Assembly: GCA_965232515.1 (NCBI GenBank)
Contig: CBDDPY010000002.1
Span: forward strand, 1,248,001 to 1,312,000
Direction: 5' to 3'
Length of the DNA: 64,000 nt
From: Alphaproteobacteria bacterium
GTDB lineage: Bacteria; Pseudomonadota; Alphaproteobacteria; GCA-2731375
Position 1 is the first letter of the stretch; the number at the start of each line of letters is the position of its first letter. Under the pieces are notes generated by a model, which saw only the letters and a program-made list of their open reading frames with translations, was not told where the DNA came from and ran no database searches. This document shows, one piece after another, positions 56,901 through 64,000 of this stretch. The position numbers were made by a program, and so were the translations under genes.

Positions 56901-57422
56901 GCCGTCGCGGTGGCCAAGGGTGGCGAGGCGGCGGACGACGCCGACGTCGGCTGGTCGCCGCAGATCAATATCGGCACCGCGGTGTTGATCCCGGAGCGCT
57001 ATGTCGCAGACCTCAATGTGCGGCTGGGGCTTTACCGCCGGCTCGGCCACCTGGAAGACCAGGCCGAGATCGACGGCTTCGCGGCCGAACTGATCGACCG
57101 GTTCGGGCCGCTGCCGACCGAGGTCGAGCACCTGCTGCAGATCGTCGCCATCAAGCGGCTCTGCCGACAGGCCAATGTCGAAAAGCTGGAGGCCGGGCCG
57201 AAGGGCGCGACGCTGGCCTTCCGCAACGACTCGTTCGCCGATCCCGCCGGGCTCGTCGGCTTCATCAACGAGCAGGCCGGCACGGCGAAGCTACGGCCGG
57301 ACCACCGGCTGGTCTACATGCGGCAATGGGACGAGGCGGACGACCGCCTGAAAGGCGCGCACGATCTGGTGCGGCGGCTGGCCAAGCTGGCTCAGTCGCC
57401 GGCGGCTTCCTCGGCAGCCTGA
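53916..57422 (+). CDS. mfd: Transcription-repair coupling factor Mfd
   Basis: WDCLPYDRVSP, VVHVEHGIG, CGDVGFGKT, DEEQHFG, TRCF C-terminus. Confidence 0.97.
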   Translation: MTDIDRILAGAGRVTVAGAPEGLDGRIIARLAADAAGGMLHIARDDARMAALAQSIGFFAPDLEVLRLPAWDCLPYDRVSPNGEVSAQRMDALARLAARAETGATAPFVLLTTVNAAVQRVPARDLLRDATLRTRVGETLDLDVLLNFLVRNGFTRTGTVMEAGEFATRGGIIDIFPPGAESPLRLDFFGDTLETIRVFDPLTQRTIGKQNSIDLVPVSEVLLTEETITRFRSGYRALFGAVTDDDPLYTAVSEGRKHIGMEHWLPLYHERLESVFDYLPDAMLSQDHLVDEAREARLTQIQEHYDARAEAAETRSYGQAPIYKPVPPDRLYLLDEEWRTTTGGRRIAAFTPFQVPPGDNVADAGGRQGRKFTAERAQDDVNVFDALRGHIEAQRKQGRRIVVAGYSTGSADRLSLVLQDHGIDRLTPAADGPAVEALPPDAIGLVVLPLEDGFETDDLTVIGEQDILGDRLVRAQRRSRRAEDMISEVAELATGDLVVHVEHGIGRYEGLQTIDVGGAPHDCLHVTYDGGDKLYVPVENIEVLSRYGSENLSVPLDRLGGAGWQARKSRLKQRIRDIAEQLIKVAAARELKSAIKIQPPDGMFDEFCARFPYEETEDQTNAIGDVFADLDRGRPMDRLVCGDVGFGKTEVALRAAFAAVMTGGQVAVVTPTTLLSRQHYQTFTDRFAGMPVKVRQLSRMVPTKEANETRGGLTSGDVDIVIGTHALLAKSVSFKSLTLLIVDEEQHFGVTHKERLKQLKANVHVLTLSATPIPRTLQLAMSGVKELSLIATPPVDRLAVRTFVLPFDEVVVREAVLREHYRGGQTFYVCPRISDLPEAEQFLREHVPEVKYVVAHGQMPPTQLEDVMSRFYDGGYDVLISTTIIESGLDIPSANTMVVHRADMFGLAQLYQLRGRIGRSKVRAYAYFTLPPRKTPTANAEKRLKVLQSLDTLGAGFSLASHDLDIRGAGNLLGEEQSGHIREVGLELYQQMLEEAVAVAKGGEAADDADVGWSPQINIGTAVLIPERYVADLNVRLGLYRRLGHLEDQAEIDGFAAELIDRFGPLPTEVEHLLQIVAIKRLCRQANVEKLEAGPKGATLAFRNDSFADPAGLVGFINEQAGTAKLRPDHRLVYMRQWDEADDRLKGAHDLVRRLAKLAQSPAASSAA

Positions 57423-58090
57423 GCCACCGGCGCTGACTGGGCGTCGGATCGGCCCGCGGCCGCCTCGCGGGTGGTCAGATCGAACACGTTGACCAGCACC
57501 GAGGGGTCCTGGGCGCCGGAGACGGCGTATTTCCGGTCGATGATGAAGCAGGGTACGCCGTTGATGCCCATGCGCCGGGCCAGCATTTCCTCGGCCTTGA
57601 CCTGCTCGACATCGACGTCGTTGTCGTAGTTGCTCGCGACCTCGTCGGCCGACATGCCGCAGGCGCCGGCCACCTCGGCCAGCACCGCCCGGTCGCCGAT
57701 ATCGGCGCCCTCGCGGAAATAGCGGGTGAACAGCATCTCGACCACGGCGTCCTGGACGCCCGCCGTCGCGGCCCAGCGGATCAGCCGATGGGAGTCGAAG
57801 GTATTCGGCTGCTGCTGGATGGCGTCGAACTGAAAGTCGAGCTCCTCGCTGCGGCCCGCCGCCTCGACATTGGCGTAGATCTTGGACGCGCGCTCCGGGC
57901 CGCCGAATTTCAGGCTCAGATATTGCGGCCGCGGCATGCCGCCCGACGGCATGTCGGGATTGAGCTGAAACGGCCGCCAGCCGATCTGATAGTCGAACTG
58001 CGGCCGCTGGGCGACCGCCTTCTCGAGCCGGCGCTTGCCGATAAAGCACCAGGGGCAGACCGTGTCGGAAATGATGTCGATCGAGATCAT
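57392..58090 (-). CDS. DsbA family oxidoreductase (FrnE-like)
   Basis: SDTVCPWCFIG, PFQLNP, GINGVPCF, SGAQ; 3' end overlaps mfd by 31 nt. Confidence 0.9.
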   Translation of the reverse strand: MISIDIISDTVCPWCFIGKRRLEKAVAQRPQFDYQIGWRPFQLNPDMPSGGMPRPQYLSLKFGGPERASKIYANVEAAGRSEELDFQFDAIQQQPNTFDSHRLIRWAATAGVQDAVVEMLFTRYFREGADIGDRAVLAEVAGACGMSADEVASNYDNDVDVEQVKAEEMLARRMGINGVPCFIIDRKYAVSGAQDPSVLVNVFDLTTREAAAGRSDAQSAPVAQAAEEAAGD

Positions 58091-58291
58091 CGGATGGACC
58101 ACAAATGGGTTGGCGTTCGGCCCGCGGCTGCCGGCCTCTGGCATAAGATAGGGGCTCAGGCGCTGTGCGTTAAGCCATAATGCGGCCCGCCGTCGATCAC
58201 GCTCGCGCGAGGCATTGGCTTGACCGGACCGGCCTGAAATTCGAGAGTGCGATCATTAGCGTTAACGACTGGTGAAGGGGTCCGCAAAGGC

Positions 58292-59050
58292 ATGACCGCA
58301 TTCGATCTCAACGGCAAGGTGGCGCTGGTCACCGGCGCGTCCAGCGGCCTCGGCCACCGCTTCGCCCTGACACTGGCCCGGGCCGGCGCCCATGTCGCCA
58401 TCGCCGCCCGCCGCACCGAGCGTCTGGCCGACCTGCAGGCCGAGATCGAGGCCTTCGACGGACGGGCGTTGCCGATCAAGCTCGACGTGCGCGACCCCGA
58501 CGATATCGCCGCCACGGTCGACGGGGCCGAGACCGAGCTCGGACCCATCGGCATCCTGGTCAACAATGCCGGCGTCGCCGTGCAGAAGCCGGCCCAGGAC
58601 TTCACGGCCGAGGACTATGACTTCGTCATGGACACCAATCTGAAGGGGTCCTGGTTCCTGGCCCAGTCCGTGGGCAAGCGGATGATCAGCCACGGCCATG
58701 GCGGCAAGATCATCAATATCGCCTCGGTACTGGCGCTCAGGGTGGTAAGCCAGCTCGCGCTCTACGCCATGTCGAAGGCGGCCGTCGCGCAGATGACCAA
58801 GGCGCTGGCGCTGGAATGGTCGCGCTACGACATTCAGGTGAACGCCATCTGCCCCGGTTATATCGAGACCGAGATGAACCGCGACTACTGGCAGACGCCG
58901 GGCGGGCAGGCGCTGATCAACATGCTGCCACGGCGGCGGGTCGGCCAACCGGACGTGCTCGACGGCACGCTTCTGCTGCTGGCCTCCGGCCAGTCCGACT
59001 TCATGACCGGCGCCGTGATCCCGGTCGACGACGCCCAGACGCTGATGTGA
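58292..59050 (+). CDS. SDR family oxidoreductase
   Basis: TGASSGLG, NNAG, YAMSK, ICPGYIET. Confidence 0.92.
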   Translation: MTAFDLNGKVALVTGASSGLGHRFALTLARAGAHVAIAARRTERLADLQAEIEAFDGRALPIKLDVRDPDDIAATVDGAETELGPIGILVNNAGVAVQKPAQDFTAEDYDFVMDTNLKGSWFLAQSVGKRMISHGHGGKIINIASVLALRVVSQLALYAMSKAAVAQMTKALALEWSRYDIQVNAICPGYIETEMNRDYWQTPGGQALINMLPRRRVGQPDVLDGTLLLLASGQSDFMTGAVIPVDDAQTLM

Positions 59051-59096
59051 GAGTTTGAGACCGTATCCGAGATGTCTTCCCCGACCCGCCCCATAT

Positions 59097-59182
59097 CGTC
59101 ATGCTGGCGGAGGCCAGCATCCAGGGGCATCGCAACATGGCGACGGTAAAGCAAGTGGATCCTGGCCTTCGCCAGGATGACG
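59097..59182. repeat. REP pair
   Basis: CGTCATGCTGGCGGAGGCCAGCATCCAG ... TGGATCCTGGCCTTCGCCAGGATGACG. Confidence 0.85.
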
Positions 59183-59264
59183 GCGGTGGCCGGACCGAAC
59201 GCGACGCCTTTGGTCGCGCGCTGGGTCGGATGACACAAACAACACTGGGGAGGGGCGACCGGCG

Positions 59265-60242
59265 ATGACACTTCCGCTCGACAAGGAATTGAAGTTCGGG
59301 TTGCAGACACTGCACCGGCGTACGGAGCCGGCGACAGGGCCGTGGAAGCCCGATGTCGCCGACGCCCGCGAGCTGGTCGGGCTGATCGACCGGCTGGGCT
59401 ACGACTCGCTGTGGGTCGGCGATCACGTGGCGTTTGCCATCCCGATCCTCGATCCGCTGATCCAGCTCGCGCAAGCCGCCGTGTTGAGCGACCGGCTGAT
59501 GCTGGGCACCGGGATCTATCTCTTGCCGCTGCGCCATCCGGGCCCGGTGGCGAAGCAGGTGGCGACGCTCGATCTTCTCTGCGGCGGCCGGCTGATTTTC
59601 GGGGTCGGCGTCGGCGGCGAGTTCAAGACCGACTATGCCGTCTCGGGCGTGCCCATGAACGAGCGCGGCGCGCGGCTGAGCGAGAGTATCGAGGTGCTGC
59701 GCGCGCTCTGGCGCGGCGAGACGGTGAGCCATGCCGGCCGCTTCTTCCCGTTCGCGGACATCACCATGCAGCCGGCGCCGCATCAGCCCGGCGGTCCGCC
59801 GATCTGGTGCGGCGGCCGCTCGGAGGCGGCGCTGGCCCGCGCCGGCCGCATGGCCGACGGCTATATCTCCTACGTGGTCACGCCGGAGATGTTCGCCGAC
59901 TCGATGAGCAAGATCACCGCCGCCGCCGAGGCCGCGAACCGCGAGGTCGCACGCTTCGGCACCGGCCACCTGCTTTTCGCCCGCATCGACGACAGCTACG
60001 AAAAGGCGCTCGACGCCGCGACCGAAACCTTGAGCGTCCGCTACGCCATGGACTTCCGCAAGCCCGCCATGAAGTACTGCGCGCTGGGCCGCCCCGAGGA
60101 CGTCGCCGAAAAGATCGCCCAGTTCCACGCCGCCGGCTGCCGCCACATCGTCATGGACCTGGTCGGCCCCTACGAAGAACGCGACCAGCAAATCGAATGG
60201 TTCGCCAAGGAGGTCCGGCCTTTGGTGGCGGGGCTTAGCTGA
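59265..60242 (+). CDS. LLM class flavin-dependent oxidoreductase
   Basis: GYDSLWVGDH, LPLRHP, GRLIFGVGVG, PPIWCGG. Confidence 0.9.
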   Translation: MTLPLDKELKFGLQTLHRRTEPATGPWKPDVADARELVGLIDRLGYDSLWVGDHVAFAIPILDPLIQLAQAAVLSDRLMLGTGIYLLPLRHPGPVAKQVATLDLLCGGRLIFGVGVGGEFKTDYAVSGVPMNERGARLSESIEVLRALWRGETVSHAGRFFPFADITMQPAPHQPGGPPIWCGGRSEAALARAGRMADGYISYVVTPEMFADSMSKITAAAEAANREVARFGTGHLLFARIDDSYEKALDAATETLSVRYAMDFRKPAMKYCALGRPEDVAEKIAQFHAAGCRHIVMDLVGPYEERDQQIEWFAKEVRPLVAGLS

Positions 60243-60254
60243 GTCGGCGCGGGG

Positions 60255-60695
60255 TTATCCCGTCGCCGCGACGATTTCGACCAGCTCGATGTCGAAGGTG
60301 AGGTCTTCGCCGGCCAGCGGGTGGTTGGCGTCGAGGACGACGGTGGCGTCGGTGACTTCGATGACGGTCAGGATCAGGTTTTCGCCGTTCGACGCCTTTG
60401 CCTGCAGACGGTTGCCGACGCTGAGATCGATGTCGTCCGGCATCATGGTGCGCTCGACGGTTTGAATGGCGTCGGGGCGGTGCGGGCCGTAGGCATTCTC
60501 GGCCGTGATCTCGATCGTGGCGGTGTCGCCGACGGCCATGCCGACGACCGATTCCGCGAGCTGTGGGATGATGCTGTTGTCGCCGATTTCGAATTGCAGC
60601 GGATCGCGGCCCTCGGACGAGTCGAAAACCGTGCCGTCCTTCAACTTGCCGCTGTAGTGAATCCGGACGGTATCGCCGGTGCTGGCCTGGGCCAT
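60255..60695 (-). CDS. FKBP-type peptidyl-prolyl isomerase, SlyD/FkpB-like, no His-rich tail
   Basis: VRIHYSGKLKDGTVFDSS, DANHPLAGEDLTF. Confidence 0.92.
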   Translation of the reverse strand: MAQASTGDTVRIHYSGKLKDGTVFDSSEGRDPLQFEIGDNSIIPQLAESVVGMAVGDTATIEITAENAYGPHRPDAIQTVERTMMPDDIDLSVGNRLQAKASNGENLILTVIEVTDATVVLDANHPLAGEDLTFDIELVEIVAATG

Positions 60696-60865
60696 GGCAT
60701 GTCTCCTTCGCTTCCCAGTGCAAACGCGACCTGGTCAATCTGGCGACATACCGAACCGTGGTCGGCCGACAGTAATCGACCCGGGACTCCCCCGGTGAGC
60801 CTCGATAGCTCGGAGTCAACCTAACAGCGGCGGCTGGGCACCGCAACGCGGGCGAATTGACTCTG

Positions 60866-61711
60866 TCAGTGGAAGGGGCGGTCACCGTCAATGGTGACGC
60901 GGTACATGCGGCGGTGGGCGGGCCAGTAGTCGTTGATGGGATAGTGCTGGGTGCAGCGGTTGTCCCAGAAGGCGATGGAGTGGCGGCGCCAATTGAAGCG
61001 GCAGAGGAATTCGGGCGTTTGGACGTGGGTGTAAAGGAAGTCCAGGAGCGCCTTGCTCTCCTTCTCGCGCATGTCCTTGATGTGGGTGGTGAAGGACGAG
61101 TTGACGAAGATGCCCTTGCGGCCGCTGACGGGATGCGTGCGGATCACCGGGTGCTCGACGGGCGGATACTTTTCCTGGGCCTCGGCGAGCTTGCGCTGGC
61201 CGTCGGGCTGCCGGAGCAGGCGGTTGCGGAAGCCGGTATGGGCGAAGTCGTGGATCGCCGTCAGGCCGGACAGGAACTGCTGCATATGGTCGGACAGCGC
61301 GTCGTAAGCGGCATACATGCTGGACCACATGGTGTCGCCGCCGGCATCGGGCACGGCCTGGGCGTGCAGGATCGAGCCCATGGGCGGCTTCTGCTGGAAG
61401 GTCACGTCGGTGTGCCAGTTATTGATGCGCGACGGCCGCTCGCAGTCGTTCTCGATGACGATGATCTCGGGATGATCGTCCAGATGCGGCGCAAACGGGT
61501 GCACCTGGATCTCGCCGAAGCGGCGGCCGAAGGCCTTGTGCTGATCGGGCGTGATGTCCTGGTCGCGGAAGAAGATCACCTGGTGCGCCATCAGCGCGTC
61601 GTGGATCTCCTGAAACGTCTGATTGCCCAGCTCCCGCGCCAGGTCGACGCCGCCGATTTCCGCACCGATATGGCCGGCAAGCGGGGTCACGTCGATGGTC
61701 TGATGGGTCAT
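60866..61711 (-). CDS. TauD family dioxygenase (third copy)
   Basis: NWHTDVT, GGDTMW, HPVIRTHP, WDNRCTQH. Confidence 0.93.
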   Translation of the reverse strand: MTHQTIDVTPLAGHIGAEIGGVDLARELGNQTFQEIHDALMAHQVIFFRDQDITPDQHKAFGRRFGEIQVHPFAPHLDDHPEIIVIENDCERPSRINNWHTDVTFQQKPPMGSILHAQAVPDAGGDTMWSSMYAAYDALSDHMQQFLSGLTAIHDFAHTGFRNRLLRQPDGQRKLAEAQEKYPPVEHPVIRTHPVSGRKGIFVNSSFTTHIKDMREKESKALLDFLYTHVQTPEFLCRFNWRRHSIAFWDNRCTQHYPINDYWPAHRRMYRVTIDGDRPFH

Positions 61712-61743
61712 GGGCGCAATCCTTCCGTGATCGGCCGCCGGCA

Positions 61744-62748
61744 TCAATGCTGAGTCGGCGGCGGCGTTCCTTCCAGGGGGAAGTGGCAGACCACGCGGTG
61801 GCCCCGTTCGATTTCGGTCAACGGCGGCGCGATCTCGGCGCAGACCGATTTGGCATGCAGGCAGCGCGTCCGGAACGGACAGCCGCTGGGCACGTTCATG
61901 GGCGAGGGCAGTTCGCCGTCCGCCATCTCCAGCCTGGCCGGCGGCCGGTTCGGGTCGGGTTGCGGCACCGCGCGCAGCAGGGCGGCCGTGTAGGGATGAG
62001 CCGGCCGGTTATAGAGGCGCTCGGAGTCGGCGATCTCGCAGAGCTTGCCGAGATACATGACGGCGATGCGGTCGGAGACGTTCTTCACGACGGCGAGGTC
62101 GTGCGAGATGAACAGCATGGTCAGCGCGTAGCGCGCCTTCATGTCCTCCAAAAGATTCAGGATCTGGGCCTGGATCGAGACGTCGAGGGCCGAGACCGGC
62201 TCGTCGCAGATCAGCAACTCGGGCTCCAGGATCAGTGCCCGGGCGATGGAGATGCGCTGGCACTGGCCGCCGGAGAATTCGTGCGGCCGGCGGTCCATGG
62301 CAAGCGCCGGATCGAGCCCGACGGTGGCCAGCAGCGCCTCGACCTTGGCGTTACGCGCCGCCGCGTCCCGCTCGCCGGCGACGACCAGCGGCGCGGCGAC
62401 GATGTCGCGCACGCGCCGGCGTGGGTTCAGCGACGAAATGGGATCCTGGAAGATGGCCTGGAACTTCGGCCTGAGCGCACGCAGCTGCTGCCGCGAGACC
62501 TGCGTCAGATCGTCGCCGTCGAGCCAGACCTGGCCCGCCGTCGGCGGCGGCAGCTGCAGGATCGCCCGCGCGGTCGACGACTTGCCGCAGCCGGACTCGC
62601 CAACGAGCCCCAGGGTCTCGCCGCGCCGCAGCTCGAAACTGACATTGGAGACCGCGTGCACGCGACGGCCTTCGCCGCCGTCGTATTGCACCGACAGATC
62701 CTCGACCCTCAGCATCGCGTCGTTTTCGTTTTGCACCGATATGCTCAT
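61744..62748 (-). CDS. Peptide/opine-type ABC transporter ATP-binding protein (DppF/OppF-like)
   Basis: GESGCGKS, FSGGQCQR, CDEP, C-terminal GCPFRTRC. Confidence 0.92.
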   Translation of the reverse strand: MSISVQNENDAMLRVEDLSVQYDGGEGRRVHAVSNVSFELRRGETLGLVGESGCGKSSTARAILQLPPPTAGQVWLDGDDLTQVSRQQLRALRPKFQAIFQDPISSLNPRRRVRDIVAAPLVVAGERDAAARNAKVEALLATVGLDPALAMDRRPHEFSGGQCQRISIARALILEPELLICDEPVSALDVSIQAQILNLLEDMKARYALTMLFISHDLAVVKNVSDRIAVMYLGKLCEIADSERLYNRPAHPYTAALLRAVPQPDPNRPPARLEMADGELPSPMNVPSGCPFRTRCLHAKSVCAEIAPPLTEIERGHRVVCHFPLEGTPPPTQH

Positions 62749-63755
62749 GACGCGGCTCGTCGCGCCGGCTCGATCGGCCGCCAGCAGGCGTATTCGTGAC
62801 CGCTGGGGTCGTCCGCAACCAGCGCCGGCGTTTCGTGACGGCAACGCTCGCCGACATAGGCACAGCGTGGCGCGAAGCGGCAGCCCGGCGGCGGCATCAC
62901 CAGGTCTGGCGGCCGGCCGGAGATCGCCTGCAACCGCTGATGCGGCGGGTTCTCCATGCGCGGGATGGATTGCAGCAGCGCCTCGGTGTAGGGCATACGG
63001 GCGTTCGCAAACAGATCCATCGTGCCGCCGCGCTCGACGATGCGGCCGGCATACATCACGGCGACCTCGTCGCAGCGACCGGCGACGATGCCGAGATCGT
63101 GGGTGATCAGGATCATCGCCATGTGCCGCTCGCGCTGTTGCTGCTGCAGCAGGTCGAGGATCTCGCTCTGCACGGTGACGTCGAGCGCCGTCGTCGGCTC
63201 GTCCGCGATCAAGAGCTTCGGCTCGCAGGAAATGGCGATGGCGATGGCGACCCGCTGCCGCATGCCGCCTGACAGCTCGTGCGGATACTGCTTCACGCGA
63301 ATGTCGGGCTGCGGGATGCCGACGGACTGCAGCAGCTCGACCGCGCGGGATCTCGCCTGCGTGGTGGACATGCCGAGATGCCGGGTCAGGGCTTCGACGA
63401 TCTGGCGGCCGACGGGCATCACGGGGTTCAGCGAGGTCATCGGGTCCTGGAACACCATGGCGATGTCGCGGCCGCGCACCTGGCGCAGCGCCTTTTCCGA
63501 CAGCGTCCGCAGGTCGCGTCCGTCGAAGGCGATCCGCGCCTCCGGGGCCAGCCGGGCGTTTCCCGGCAGCAGCCCCATCAGCGTGCGCGCCAGTACCGAC
63601 TTGCCGCAGCCGGATTCGCCGACGATGCCGAGCGTCCGTCCTTGAATAAGGTCGAACGAGACGCCGTCGACGGCGCGCAACAGGCCCTTCGCGGTTTCAA
63701 AATGGGTCTGCAGGTCGGCGACGGAGAGAAGGGGGACCGAACTGGCGCTGACCAT
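62745..63755 (-). CDS. Peptide/opine-type ABC transporter ATP-binding protein (DppD/OppD-like)
   Basis: GESGCGKS, LSGGMRQR, ADEPTTALD, GCRFAPRC. Confidence 0.92.
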   Translation of the reverse strand: MVSASSVPLLSVADLQTHFETAKGLLRAVDGVSFDLIQGRTLGIVGESGCGKSVLARTLMGLLPGNARLAPEARIAFDGRDLRTLSEKALRQVRGRDIAMVFQDPMTSLNPVMPVGRQIVEALTRHLGMSTTQARSRAVELLQSVGIPQPDIRVKQYPHELSGGMRQRVAIAIAISCEPKLLIADEPTTALDVTVQSEILDLLQQQQRERHMAMILITHDLGIVAGRCDEVAVMYAGRIVERGGTMDLFANARMPYTEALLQSIPRMENPPHQRLQAISGRPPDLVMPPPGCRFAPRCAYVGERCRHETPALVADDPSGHEYACWRPIEPARRAAS

Positions 63756-63772
63756 GACGTTATCCGGCTCCC

Positions 63773-64000
63773 TTAGATCGCGCTGTCGCGGATGTCGGCG
63801 AGACGGCGGCGCACGACGTCGCCCCCGAGATTGAAGGACAGCACGGTGAAGAACATGACGATGGCCGGGATGACGCTGATATGCGGCGTTTCCTCCAGGT
63901 GCTCGCGGCCCTCGGCGATCATGCCGCCCCAGCTTGGGTTCGGCGACGGCACGCTGAGGCCGAGGAAGCTGAGCGCGCCCTCGACGACGATGGCGATGGG
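63773..64000 (-). CDS. Peptide-type ABC transporter permease (DppC/OppC-like), C-terminal part only
   Basis: Read by hand: ...IVVEGALSFLGLSVPSPNPSWGGMIAEG...SFNLGGDVVRRRLADIRDSAI*. Confidence 0.88.
   Translation of the reverse strand, partial: PIAIVVEGALSFLGLSVPSPNPSWGGMIAEGREHLEETPHISVIPAIVMFFTVLSFNLGGDVVRRRLADIRDSAI

Noticed and set aside
31081-59182. Palindromic repeats as a possible CRISPR array
   Set aside because: Dispersed doublets with variable stems, no regular spacers and no cas genes; they fit REP elements

Overview
High-GC alphaproteobacterial chromosome segment (Rhodospirillales-like by inference; the recG-sdhE-mfd block is typical of Alphaproteobacteria), dominated by catabolic and scavenging genes. 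These include an IclR-associated Rieske oxygenase/cupin/hydrolase/TPP-enzyme operon with an ABC importer, three TauD-family dioxygenases with TRAP/ABC transporters, two hydantoinase/oxoprolinase A+B pairs and a type III PKS + methyltransferase pair. The strongest hidden signals are four. (1) A peroxiredoxin-like gene that the ORF track splits at an in-frame TGA in a WUPYC motif, followed by a SECIS-like hairpin: a probable selenoprotein at 43027-43506. (2) An integrase-less ~5.5 kb islet at the 3' end of tRNA-Lys(TTT) holding two degenerate copies of that tRNA, a private REP-like palindrome family, two PEP-CTERM-type surface protein genes, a low-GC segment bounded by a 14-bp direct repeat, and an IS5-family shell whose transposase is largely replaced by a GNAT gene. 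(3) An IS4 element inserted into the loop of a REP palindrome with a 9-bp duplication. (4) Strongly A/T->G/C-directed divergence of the tRNA pseudogene. No CRISPR array, rRNA or integrase was seen. All family assignments come from motif recognition, not database searches.
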